Assembly (NCBI GenBank): GCA_050248855.1
Contig: JBFWRP010000012.1
Coordinates: forward strand, 32,001-96,000
DNA length: 64,000 nucleotides
Direction: 5' to 3'
Origin: Planctomycetota bacterium
GTDB lineage: Bacteria; Planctomycetota; PLA2; JAEUHO01
Below the pieces are notes generated by a model. It did not search any database and had not been told where the DNA came from. It was given only the letters and a program-made list of their open reading frames with translations. Shown one piece after another: positions 10,505 to 19,876 of this stretch. The number at the start of each line of letters is the position of its first letter. Within the stretch, counting starts at the first letter, position 1. A program made the translations under genes and the position numbers.

Positions 10505-11863
10505 ATGCGCGCCTCACCCACCCTACTTCTCCTCGTCCTCCTCGCCGGCGGGACGGTCCGCGCCGGCGAGTCGGAGGCCGCCCGCGACCCCGACCTCCGC
10601 CTCCCCACGATCGACGGCGAGACCTTCGACCTGGGAAGCCTGCGCGGCCGCAAGGTGCTGCTCGTCGAGTTCGCCAGCTGGTGAGTGGGCTGTCGTCGCC
10701 ACGTGCCGGTCTGGCACGAACGAACGAAGGCCTTCCGTGCTTCGGACAAGCTCGCCGTCGTCGGCATCACGCAGGAGCAGCACCCGGAACGCTGCCGCCT
10801 CTTCGCGCAGTGGCACGGGATCGATTGGCCCATCCTCTGGGACCCGTTCAACCGGACAGGTTCACGCGTGGTCCCGCACTTCGTCCTCGTCGACGAGCAC
10901 GGGGTCGTGCGCGTGCCGAAGGCGAAGCCGGAGGACCTCGACGCGTTCCTCGCGACTTCGTTCCCGAAGACGGAGGTCACCACCGCGCCGCCTGCGGACG
11001 GTCCAGGTCCCAGCCTGCGCGCCTTGCGGTCCGCCGATGCGAAGAGCTCGTCCGCACGCCGCTTCGCATCCCTCTCGGCCCTCCTCTGGCGCGATCCGAA
11101 GGGGCCGGGCTGGCCCGAAGGAGAGACCGACCCGTGGTGGGCGATCGAGGTCTTGCGGGCGCAGGCTGACGCCAAGGACGGGCGGACCTGGTTCGAGGTC
11201 GGCGTGGCCCACCGCATGCGCCACGACAGCGGAGCCAGGACACCCGGCGATTTCCAGGCCGCCGTCGATGCGTGGGCGAGGGCGCTCGCGCTCGAGCCGA
11301 ACCAGTACATCTGGCGTCGGCGCATCCAGCAGTACGGGCCACGGATGGACAAGCCCTACGCGTTCTACGACTGGATCGAAGCGGCGCGCGCGGAGATCGC
11401 CGCGCGCGGCGAGCAACCTGTCGCGCTCCGCGTCGCGCTCACCGAGGCCGAGCAGGCGCGACCCGCTGAGCCAGGCGCGTTGGAAGCCGAGGCCAGCGAG
11501 CCCGATCCCGACGTCCGTATCGAGCGCGCACCCGAGGGCTCGATCGCTGTCGATACGGCGGTCGCACCGGATACCCAGGGCAGGGACGTGATCCGTCTCC
11601 ACGTGCTCGTCCGCGTCCCGGCGGACGGCCAGCTCACGCTCGATCGCGAGGCCGGTCCCTCGACGCTCTGGGTCGCAGGGCGGCGCGTGTCGCCGGCTGC
11701 GACGTCCGCTTTGGACGGACCTGGAGTCCTCCGCTTCGAGGTGGACGTACCCGCCTCCTCGGTCGCAGGACCCCTCGCGGGCTACGTGCTCCTCTACGGC
11801 TGCCTTGCCGCGGAGGGCACATGTCGCTACCTGCGCCACGACTTCCGCATCGGGGCGCGCTGA
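10505..11863 (+). CDS. AhpC/TSA-TlpA-like redoxin selenoprotein (W-U-V-G-C) with TPR-like and C-terminal beta domain
   Basis: ORFs 10469..10684 and 10685..11863 are contiguous in frame; PDLRLPTIDGETFDLGSLRGRKVLLVEFASW-TGA-VGC puts TGA at the first Cys of the thioredoxin CxxC. Confidence 0.85.
10702..10718 (+). promoter_or_regulatory. Candidate bacterial SECIS hairpin
   Basis: CGTGCC-GGTCT-GGCACG stem-loop starting 17 nt after the in-frame TGA; G-leading GGUCU loop. Confidence 0.7.
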
Positions 11864-12033
11864 GCCACTGAGCTACGGGAACGTGCAGTGGCGGCGGGGA
11901 GTGTAGGGCGGCCCGTGTGGCGGCGGCCCTTGGTCTCCGAGGGCGCGACGGGGCGCGGTACGGGACTCCCTCCGTGGCGCCCGCCTACGACAGGGGGCCG
12001 CGACCACGGGTGGCCCTGGCGAGCTACCCTGCC

Positions 12034-12259
12034 GTGGCCACGACCGCGCTCTTCACCCGCAAGCACTACGAGGTGGTGCCCGAGGGCATCCCCGTCGAGT
12101 TGCTCGGCGGGCAGCTCGCGAAGCGGCCGTCGCCTCGGTTCGGGCACCAGCGCATCCAGTCCCGCATCCTGCGCGTGCTCGCCGGTCGTCTGGGGCCGGA
12201 CCGCGTTGCAGTGGGGCCCGTCGACGTACTCGTGGACGAGCTGAACGTGTTCGTGCCCG
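12034..12259 (+). pseudogene. Truncated Uma2-family endonuclease fragment
   Basis: ELLGGQLAKRPSPRFGHQRIQSRI...PVDVLVDELNVFVP; breaks just before the expected PD catalytic motif and runs into a convergent gene. Confidence 0.65.
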
Positions 12260-12276
12260 TCGGGCTCGGTCGGCGG

Positions 12277-12822
12277 CTATCCCCCCGCGGCACGCTTGCG
12301 CGGCGGCGTGGGCGGGGGCGGGGGTGCAGCGGTCGTCGCCGTCGGGGTGCTTGCGACCGGGTTCGACAACGTGATCGTCTCTTCCCGGCCCAGGATCTTC
12401 AGCAAGGCCGTACCGCCGTTGTCCGTGACGGTGGCCGTCACTTCGAGAATGCACGTCGGCGGCACCGTGTTGGGCCAGCTGCCCGATCCCGTGAACCACG
12501 TGACTCGGCCGTCTTGGGTGAACGTCACCCGGACCTCGGCGCTGTCCATGTACTCGCCGTAGCCCAGGTCGCTCGTGGCCGTCTGGCCTGGGGCGGCGTC
12601 GACCCAGAGGGTCTTGGTGTTCGCGACGCCCTTGGCCGAGCCGATGACATCCAGCTTCCCGGGCTTCGAACTGTTGTTGACGAGCGTCACCTTCTGGATC
12701 GGGATCAAGAAGGCGCGTGACCCTTCCTCCGTCTCCTCCTTCTCGCCGCCGCAGGCGGACATGGCTCCCGACAACAGCGCGACGCCGATCGCGAGACGAA
12801 CGGATCGGAATGCTCCCTGCAT
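12277..12822 (-). CDS. Hypothetical lipoprotein
   Basis: AGGAGG RBS; LAIGVALLSGAMSAC lipobox; Pro/Thr-rich tail. Confidence 0.75.
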   Translation of the reverse strand: MQGAFRSVRLAIGVALLSGAMSACGGEKEETEEGSRAFLIPIQKVTLVNNSSKPGKLDVIGSAKGVANTKTLWVDAAPGQTATSDLGYGEYMDSAEVRVTFTQDGRVTWFTGSGSWPNTVPPTCILEVTATVTDNGGTALLKILGREETITLSNPVASTPTATTAAPPPPPTPPRKRAAGG

Positions 12823-12964
12823 GACCTTCTGCCCTCCTAGCCGAGACCGAGGTCCCAGGACGAGGGCGGAGGCTATCCAAATGCCGCGCCAGCCGCACGG
12901 GCATCAGATGCGCTGCCGAAGGGGGGCCGCAGGACGTCTGGGAGTGGCTCGCGTGGCCACGAGC

Positions 12965-13013
12965 TGGTATCCCCGGCAGGACTCGAACCTGCGACCCCCG
13001 GTTCAGGAAACCG
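12965..13013 (-). repeat. tRNA-Arg(CCT) 3'-half duplication, att copy 1
   Basis: Minus strand CGGTTTCCTGAACCGGGGGTCGCAGGTTCGAGTCCTGCCGGGGATACCA (anticodon arm, T-arm, CCA; one loop substitution); no D-arm or 5' half. Confidence 0.88.
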
Positions 13014-13154
13014 CCTAGCGGAATGTGCCTGCAAAGGCGATGGAATGGCCCTCAGCGGGCGATGCACGAGCTACGTGAGAGCGCACGAAACCTCGCCAAG
13101 ACATCCCGGATCATGGCCCGATCTGACGCCGGTGCTGGGACGCGTGCTGGGACG
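13014..13154. repeat. 141-bp att-adjacent block (second copy at 19706-19846)
   Basis: Near-identical direct repeat ending in tandem GTGCTGGGACG x2. Confidence 0.9.
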
Positions 13155-13379
13155 GGCGAGAGCCGTGACATCGTTCGCACCGTCCTCAGTGGTCGCGGCG
13201 TACGCGCGTCAATCGCGGAGCGCGGGCCCTGCGCACTAGCCGCCGGCAAGGACGTAGGGCCCGAGGTTTCGTGCATGCATCGGATCTTGCACGACATGTG
13301 ACACTCTGGTGACAGGGGGGGGGCAAGGGTGAATCATACCGCGGGCCATGGAGGTCCAGCGAGTCAGGAGGATCCGACC

Positions 13380-13838
13380 ATGAAGCACCGCAACCTCGTG
13401 ACGACCTTTCTGGCTTGGTTCGCTGGCGTGGCGCTCGTCGTGATCGCAAGTCCGGAGGTGTTCGCCGCCGATCAGGGGGGATGCAATGGGGCCGTCCAGT
13501 GCGTTAGCCCCTATGTCTGCGGTTCCTTCTACTGCTGCACCGCAACCCGGTGGAAGGGCTGCACGGTTCAGAGCCTGGCCTGCCCTCCGAGTTCGTGCAG
13601 CCAAGTCAACGACACATGCAATGGCGAAGGCTCGCACACGTGCAACTGCGGGAGTGCTCCGCAGTCTCCATGCCGCCTCTGCTACAAGCCCAGCGAGGAC
13701 GCAGGAGTCCCCGGCACCGTCACGTGCATTAACGAGCACTGCAACGGGCCCGGTGAAGTCTGCAACACCGATTGGGTTATCGGCTACAGCCCCTCGCCTT
13801 CAGGCGAGTACCGCTACACCTGCGAGTGCCAGCCGTAG
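13380..13838 (+). CDS. Secreted cysteine-rich protein (18 Cys)
   Basis: AGGAGG RBS, signal peptide ending VFA, Cys throughout the mature region. Confidence 0.8.
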   Translation: MKHRNLVTTFLAWFAGVALVVIASPEVFAADQGGCNGAVQCVSPYVCGSFYCCTATRWKGCTVQSLACPPSSCSQVNDTCNGEGSHTCNCGSAPQSPCRLCYKPSEDAGVPGTVTCINEHCNGPGEVCNTDWVIGYSPSPSGEYRYTCECQP

Positions 13839-13970
13839 CTTCCTGGCACGGATGTGCGCAGCGCTGGCCCGCGGGACCACCTCGAGGCGCATGTCCTGCC
13901 GGTCGCGCGCGTACGAGCTGCGTTGGGGCCAGCCTCGCTTCTTCGCTTCACCTTGAGCTCGGAGGGTGCT

Positions 13971-15776
13971 GTGCGGCGAGTGCTGGTCGCATTTGGTCTC
14001 GGCGTGCTGTCTGCGTTGCTTCTGGCACTTGGTTTATGGCTCGCCAACAAGCCGGCAAGCCACGGCCCTGCGCTTCATCCCCAGTCCCCGGCCCCGCAGC
14101 CCGTTGACTCGCTGCCATCGTTGCGTGGGAGTCCCACCGAGCAAGGGCAGCCGGTGGCGGCGGAACTCACGGTGCATGTCCGAGGTGCGGACCACGGTGA
14201 GGCGATCAAGGAGGCGCGCTTGGCGATGCTGCCGGCCACTGCCGGACATGCCGTTCGGCCCACGGATGCTTGGGTGGTGGAGGCAGACGAACACGGCGAC
14301 ATCACGCTGCCGGAGGAGCGGTGGAGGCTCGACCGAGTTTGGGCCTTCTCTGCGGATGGCTACCGGCCGGCGGCCTTTTCATCCGCGCAGTTGATGGAGC
14401 GCGCTTCCCGCGATGCGGTAACGGTTCAACTCCAGTCGGGATCGAGAGTCTCGGGGACAGTCGTCACGCCGTGGGGAGCTCCCGTCCCCGATGCGGCCGT
14501 GGTCGGCTATGGCCGCTATGGAGTCGACTTCGATGGCGCCGAGGAGATGCTTCTACCGGGTCCAACCACAGTGGGCGAGGTCTTCCGCGCCACCAGTGAT
14601 GCAGAAGGTCGCTTTGCTTTGAGTGGAATCGGCGCCTTCCCGATACGCGTCCAGGCGTCGAAGTCCGGGTTCGCGTGGAAGGCAGACCCAGAGCAGGACA
14701 TCCTCTTCGTCGATCGAGAGTCGGACCAGGTTCGCCTCGTACTGCGCCCGAGGCTCGTCGCCGGCCTTCGCATCATCGACGCCGTCTCCGGGGAACTCAT
14801 CCGGGATTTCACGGTAAGAGCGGGGCACTCCGAGGGGCCCCTGATCGGTCGCATGGAAGTGTCTCGGAAGCGTCCGGCAAAGACGCGGGATCTCGGGTTC
14901 GCCTTCCGCGACGGTGAGTGGTGGCTCGTGGGATGCAGCTCGGACGCGGCCGTCGGCCCGCAGGACGGTGCCGTGGTCGTCGCCAGGGTCACGGCTCCCG
15001 GGTACGAAGATGCCGCTGATGTGCAGATGGAACTTCGGGCCCTCGGGGCCTCCGGCCCCCCCGATCCAGTCGAGGTTCACATGACTCCCACGGAGCCCTC
15101 GGCGAGGGGCTCGCTCAGACTGCGCGTCACCCACGCAATCGAGGGACTTCGACTCCCCTGGGTGGACGTTCGAGTCGAGGAATCGCGCCCTGCGGCCGAC
15201 AGTGCCCCGGAGCCGTTGGCATTCACGTTTCGAGTGGATCTGGGCGAGGACGGGCGCGCAACGCGTCCCTTGCGTCTGACGCCTGGCAGGTACCGAGTGC
15301 GGCTAGCAGCCGGAACGGGCTGGGCCACGTGGAACCCGCCGGCTGATGACGGCTGGGCAGAGGTCACGATCGTGGACTCTCCGGTCGAGACGAACGTCGT
15401 ATTGCATTACCGCGCTGCCCTCCTGCGCATCTCCGTTGCGGGCGAGTCCGGCGGGCCGATCGGCATGTTCAACATGATGGTCCACCGCCTCGAGCCCCCA
15501 CCGCCAGGATCGCGGCGAGCCGTGGTCCCGATGATCGCTTCTCTTTCGGAAGAGTCCGAGCGCTGGTGGTTGGAGTTTGGACATCCGTACCGGTCGCACC
15601 TTCGCATGCAGCCAGGAGCATTCGACTTGCTCGTGGCACCCGGCAACTACTTCGTCAAGGTCACGAAGGCCGGCTTCGTTGACCCCGATCCCGTCGATCT
15701 GCAGGTGGCCGAGGGGAGCGTTGTGCCGATCTCGTTCGCGCTCATCCCCGTCGCCGATGAGGGGGATGGGGGATGA
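13971..15776 (+). CDS. Membrane-anchored carboxypeptidase regulatory-like (beta-sandwich) repeat protein
   Basis: N-terminal TM; VSGTVVTPWGAPVPDAAV, TSDAEGRFALSG, PGRYRVRL, PGNYFVKVTKAGF. Confidence 0.75.
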   Translation: MRRVLVAFGLGVLSALLLALGLWLANKPASHGPALHPQSPAPQPVDSLPSLRGSPTEQGQPVAAELTVHVRGADHGEAIKEARLAMLPATAGHAVRPTDAWVVEADEHGDITLPEERWRLDRVWAFSADGYRPAAFSSAQLMERASRDAVTVQLQSGSRVSGTVVTPWGAPVPDAAVVGYGRYGVDFDGAEEMLLPGPTTVGEVFRATSDAEGRFALSGIGAFPIRVQASKSGFAWKADPEQDILFVDRESDQVRLVLRPRLVAGLRIIDAVSGELIRDFTVRAGHSEGPLIGRMEVSRKRPAKTRDLGFAFRDGEWWLVGCSSDAAVGPQDGAVVVARVTAPGYEDAADVQMELRALGASGPPDPVEVHMTPTEPSARGSLRLRVTHAIEGLRLPWVDVRVEESRPAADSAPEPLAFTFRVDLGEDGRATRPLRLTPGRYRVRLAAGTGWATWNPPADDGWAEVTIVDSPVETNVVLHYRAALLRISVAGESGGPIGMFNMMVHRLEPPPPGSRRAVVPMIASLSEESERWWLEFGHPYRSHLRMQPGAFDLLVAPGNYFVKVTKAGFVDPDPVDLQVAEGSVVPISFALIPVADEGDGG

Positions 15777-16237
15777 ACACGCCTCTTCGGCCACGCGGCC
15801 TGCACACGTCGCTCGCAGTCTTCGTCGCCGCGGCACTGACCTTCGCAGGGCTCGCCAAGGTCTTCTCTCCGGAAGACCTGGGCTTGCTGCGGCTGCTTGG
15901 TGATGTGAGGCGAGATCCACCATGGTTCAGTCAAGTGCTCGCGGCCATCGAACTGGCCACGGCCGTGGCATTGCTGGTGTTCGGGCGGGTCGGAGTTGTC
16001 GCGGCCGTAGTGCTGACGTCTGGCTTCGTCTGCTATCACGTCGTCCTTGGCCTCGGCTTCGGCGCGCCAACCTGAGGGTGCTGGGGCGTTCCCACCCCCA
16101 AGCGTGTCTCGGGGATCATCGCTGTCGTCCTGCTGCTGTGCTCGCTATGCCTGCTACCCCGGCCCACGTCCCAACGTGGGTCAAACTCCCGGCCGTCCGA
16201 AGGTGGCGGCGCCGATCCACTGCGTCCACCGGCCTGA
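15773..16237 (+). CDS. MauE/DoxX-family membrane protein with in-frame TGA at 16073-16075 (U-G-C-W-G)
   Basis: FAGLAKV, LAAIELATAVALLVFG, then GAPT-TGA-GCWG and a further TM helix (VSGIIAVVLLLCSLCLL) before TGA at 16235-16237. Confidence 0.75.
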
Positions 16238-16320
16238 TCGGCGCACTGGATGAGCGTTCTTGGCAGCGAGCGGGCCCAGATAGCCGGGCTCTGTAGCGGG
16301 CCGGTCGGCGAACGCTAACG

Positions 16321-16759
16321 TGTCCCTAACATTGGTTAGCCTGCCGCCGCCCCCGGAGGGCCCGCCCGCCCTCCGCCGCCGGACCCGGGGTCCGGTGTGT
16401 GGGCCCGGGAAGGAGGCGCTTGGACCGTGCGCGGGCGATGCGTGAGCTTGAAGAGGCAAGGACGCTGATGGGGGACGCGGAACTGGGCCAGCTGATCGAG
16501 CGCTGGCTCAGGAGGAACGCCGCGCCACCTCTTGCCGCACGGTTCGGACGAGATCCTCGAGCCGATCGGCCGGCAAGAGGCCGATCAGGTCGGCGACCGC
16601 CTCCGTCGTCCACGCCCTAGGCCAGGGCGTCTTGGCGTCGTCGAGGTAGGACCACGGCGCACCCAGCAATTGCTCCAGGAGGGCCACGTAGCGGCTCTCC
16701 GGCAGCGTCGAGCCATCGCGCCACCGGAGCACGGTGCCCGGATTCACCTTCTCGCCGAG
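16321..16759. repeat. 439-bp scaffold block (second copy at 22172-22610)
   Basis: Direct repeat with scattered substitutions; begins with CTAAC-N4-GTTAG palindrome; contains the 3' part of the HTH gene. Confidence 0.9.
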
Positions 16760-16903
16760 CGCGGTCAGCACCTTGGCGAGACGCTCCGCGCTGTGCGGGC
16801 CGTACTGCACGGCACCGTCGCGCTTGGCCTTCTCGTTGGCGGCGAGCCAGGCGTCGAGTTTGACGTGGAAACCCGAGGCGCGCGCGCGCTCGGCGGCCGG
16901 CAC
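16508..16903 (-). CDS. XRE/Cro-CI-like HTH regulator
   Basis: SAERLAKVLTALGEKVNPGTVLRWRDGSTLP...LEQLLGAPWSYL; GGAG before GTG 16903 (start uncertain). Confidence 0.65.
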   Translation of the reverse strand: MPAAERARASGFHVKLDAWLAANEKAKRDGAVQYGPHSAERLAKVLTALGEKVNPGTVLRWRDGSTLPESRYVALLEQLLGAPWSYLDDAKTPWPRAWTTEAVADLIGLLPADRLEDLVRTVRQEVARRSS

Positions 16904-16925
16904 GCGCTCCTGCTTTCGTGGGTGT

Positions 16926-17000
16926 GGGTGTACCGAGTGCGGGCAATGTTCATGAATCATTCGCGATAGTTCATGGGATTTGCCCGCACTCCGTACACCC
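16926..17000. repeat. 75-bp imperfect palindrome
   Basis: GGGTGTACCGAGTGCGGGCAA / TTGCCCGCACTCCGTACACCC (21-bp arms, 1 mismatch); inner CATGAA/TTCATG; centre TCGCGA. Confidence 0.85.
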
Positions 17001-18018
17001 GTTCAACCGGACAGGTTCCCGCGTGGTCCCGCACTTCGTCCTCGTCGACGAGCACGGGGTCGTGCGCGTGCCGAAGGCGAAGCCGGAGGACCTCGACGCG
17101 TTCGTCGCGACTTCGTTCCCGAAGACGGACGTCGCCACCTCGCCGCCCGCGGACGGTCCCGGTCCCAGCCTGCGCGCCTTGCGGTCCGCCGATGCGAAGA
17201 GCTCGTCCGCACGCCGCTTCGCAGCCCTCTCGGCCCTCCTCTGGCGCGATCCAGAGGGGCCGGGCTGGCCCGAAGGAGAGACCGACCCGTGGTGGGCGAT
17301 CGAGGTCTTGCGGGCGCAGGCTGACGCCAAGGACGGGCGGACCTGGTTCGAGGTCGGCGTCGCCCACCGCATGCGCCACGACAGCGGAGCCAGGACGCCC
17401 GACGATTTCCAGGCCGCCGTCGATGCGTGGGCGAGGGCGCTCGCGCTCGAGCCGAACCAGTACATCTGGCGTCGGCACATCCAGCAATACGGGCCGCGGA
17501 TGGACAAGCCCTACGCGTTCTACGACTGGATCGAAGCGGCGCGCGCGGAGATCGCCGCGCGCGGCGAGCAACCTGTGGCGCTGCGCGTCGCGCTCACCGA
17601 GGCCGAACAGGCGCGACCCGCGGAGCCAGGCGCGTTGGAAGCCGAGGCCAGCGAGCCCGATCCCGACGCCCGTATCGAGCGCGCACCCGAGGGCTCGATC
17701 GCTGTCGATACGGCGGTCGCACCGGATACCCAGGGGAGGGACGTGATCCGTCTCCACGTGCTCGTCCGCGTCCCGGCGGACGGCCACCTCACGCTCGATC
17801 GCGAGGCCGGTCCCTCGACGCTCTGGGTCGCAGGGCGGCGCGTGTCGCCGGCTGCGACGTCCGCCTTGGACGGACCTGGAGTCCTCCGCTTCGAGGTGGA
17901 CGTGCCCGCCTCCTCGGTCGCAGAACACCTCGCGGGCTACGTGCTCCTCTACGGCTGCCTCGCCGCGGAGGGCACGTGTCGCTACCTGCGCCACGACTTC
18001 AGCGTCGGGGCGCGCTGA
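16997..18018 (+). pseudogene. Diverged 5'-truncated duplicate of the AhpC-like gene (copy of 10842-11863)
   Basis: Colinear at offset 6155 with scattered substitutions; lacks the signal peptide and UxxC. Confidence 0.85.
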
Positions 18019-18490
18019 GCGTACGCCATCGCGGACCGGGCGGCGGGCAGCGCGTCCCCCGGACCTGAGTCGTGCGGCGTGATCCACCGCGCATGCGTCG
18101 CGGCGCACGGGCCCGGGGACGGCCCCAGGCGGCCCGAGGCTTCGGGCTCCAGGGTGGACGACCGACAGGGCGCTTCGTATCGCCCGCGACCACGTGCTCC
18201 GCAGCGCCGTGGCCCACCGGGTCTCCGGCAACCTCCAGCATGCGCGCCTTCTCGCTCTCGAAGGCGCTCTCCAACCCAAGCTCGGAGTGCTCAGGCCAAT
18301 TGCGTTTCATGCCCGCCGCGAGCGTCCGCCCTCGCGCCCCTCGATGGCCCAGCGCCTGACGCCGGCGCGTGCCGCAGACCGCCTCGGCAGCTACGCTTGC
18401 GCTGCGAGGGGGCAGGGCGATGCGGAGCACTCGGACAAGGGAATCGGAACGTCGTGACGCTGAGCAGGGTTTGATGGACTTGGACTGCAG

Positions 18491-19426
18491 TCAATCGATC
18501 AAGCGCCAAGTGTTCTTGTCCTGGCCCCTTGCGCCGACAGCAGCGTGTCCACTGGCGCGGGGTACGGGGATTGCCGAGGGCCCTGGATCGGGTACTGCCC
18601 CGACGATCCCCGGGCCCAGGAATGCCGCATCAGCGGACGGCCCACGACTCGTCCCGTTGTACGCGCTGTCGTCTGTCGCCAGGATCTGGCCCTCCTGGTT
18701 CGCGAAGAACGTGCGCGTGCCCGAAACTCCGTACTCCGTCGGCCAAGCGTAGCAGCACCACGCGCGCTCGCACATCGCGGCACTCACCTTGTCGGCCGTG
18801 AAGCCCAAGGGGGGCTCAGCGACGCCTGCCCCGCTCGCGTCCGGAAGATAGAGGCGGTAGCAGTACCCGGTCCGTGTCGCAACACCGCTTGCCCGCTCGA
18901 ACTCGAATGAGGGGAACTGCGGGATGCGAAGTGTCGATGGCATGCGCCCGCTCACCTCGCCCGACATCTCCAGGATGCCCCCGTACTCCCCGTCACCGTC
19001 CTCATCGACATCGACTCTAGCCGCCTGTTGGAGCATGGCCTGCGCTGATACGATGTTGCGCAGCGATTCGATGGCGGTCGTCTCGTTGTGTCGCAGCAGC
19101 GTAGCAGCCGCGTGTTCTCTGAACTGCACGTGAGCACCTCGTGGTGGGCTCTCACGAGCGAAGACACCGTGCATGGACGAAGGGCGCGCGTCCGGCTTGT
19201 CCTTCTGGGAGCACCCGTAGACCAGTAGCCCCAGGCCGCAGAGAATGGAGAGTACAGAGGTGCAGCCGCGCATCGTGTCCCACTCGGGGGTCCTCTCGGC
19301 GCTTACCCCTTCGAAGCGCTTGGCCCAGGCATGGAGCCGCCAGCATGCAGCGGGGAACAAGAGCTGCATCAAGCCCGTGCCAACGAAGAAGAGGGCCAGG
19401 GCGGTGGTGATGACTCCCATGCCCAC
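18491..19426 (-). CDS. Two-TM N-terminal domain fused to a pilin-like/DUF2950-like domain
   Basis: LLFPAACWRL..AERTPEWDTMRG TM pair; NETTAIESLRNIVSAQ, DVDEDGDGEYG, GYCYRL, YAWPTEYGVSGTRTFFANQEG. Confidence 0.6.
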   Translation of the reverse strand: MGMGVITTALALFFVGTGLMQLLFPAACWRLHAWAKRFEGVSAERTPEWDTMRGCTSVLSILCGLGLLVYGCSQKDKPDARPSSMHGVFARESPPRGAHVQFREHAAATLLRHNETTAIESLRNIVSAQAMLQQAARVDVDEDGDGEYGGILEMSGEVSGRMPSTLRIPQFPSFEFERASGVATRTGYCYRLYLPDASGAGVAEPPLGFTADKVSAAMCERAWCCYAWPTEYGVSGTRTFFANQEGQILATDDSAYNGTSRGPSADAAFLGPGIVGAVPDPGPSAIPVPRASGHAAVGARGQDKNTWRLID

Positions 19427-19656
19427 AGGCTAGCGCGCTGAGGCTGACTTGAGCCCACCCACCCCCATGCACGCCCAGTTGGGTCCTCCCTGGCGGTCGT
19501 GGCGGCGTCGATCCAGGGTGAGAGTGCGGTGGCAGTGCGGGAGTACGGAGGAGTACGAGTACGGAGCGAGTACGGTGCCAGAGCAATTCCTATCACCCCA
19601 GCAGCCAGCGGCCGGCGGGCTGGGCCTGTCGGGCCCCCGGGAGGGAGAGGGCGGTG

Positions 19657-19705
19657 TGGTATCCCCGGCAGGACTCGAACCTGCGACCCCCGGTTTAGGA
19701 AACCG
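19657..19705 (-). repeat. tRNA-Arg(CCT) 3'-half duplication, att copy 2
   Basis: CGGTTTCCTAAACCGGGGGTCGCAGGTTCGAGTCCTGCCGGGGATACCA on the minus strand. Confidence 0.9.
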
Positions 19706-19876
19706 CCTAGCGGAATGTGCCTGCAAACGCGATGGAATGGCCCTCAGCGGGCGATGCACGAGCTACGTGAGAGCGCACGAAACCTCGCCAAGACATCCCG
19801 GATCGTGGCCCGATCTGACGCCGGTGCTGGGACGCGTGCTGGGACGAGGCAGAGCAATCTGTGTTCATCTGGGCAG

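Larger units (their letters stand above)
12965..19705. mobile_element. att-bounded integrase-less cassette A
   Basis: Flanked by att copies 1 and 2; shares three scaffold blocks with cassette B. Confidence 0.7.

Noticed and set aside
1646..16075. Genome-wide UGA reassignment (Trp/Gly) to explain the three in-frame TGAs
   Set aside because: Many clear genes end in TGA (5483, 10328, 11863, 26892), ATGA/GTGA couplings are common and Trp is encoded by TGG; site-specific Sec or nonsense mutation fits better
16325..16340. Integron attC site (CTAAC...GTTAG at 16326 and 22177)
   Set aside because: Only 4 nt between the half-sites, far too short for attC, and the integrase shows no IntI-like features; kept only as a scaffold boundary palindrome
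16438..16620. Small plus-strand ORF MRELEEAR... (also 22289..22471)
   Set aside because: Overlaps the HTH gene convergently by more than 100 bp, and its conservation is explained by the repeat; coding status unsupported
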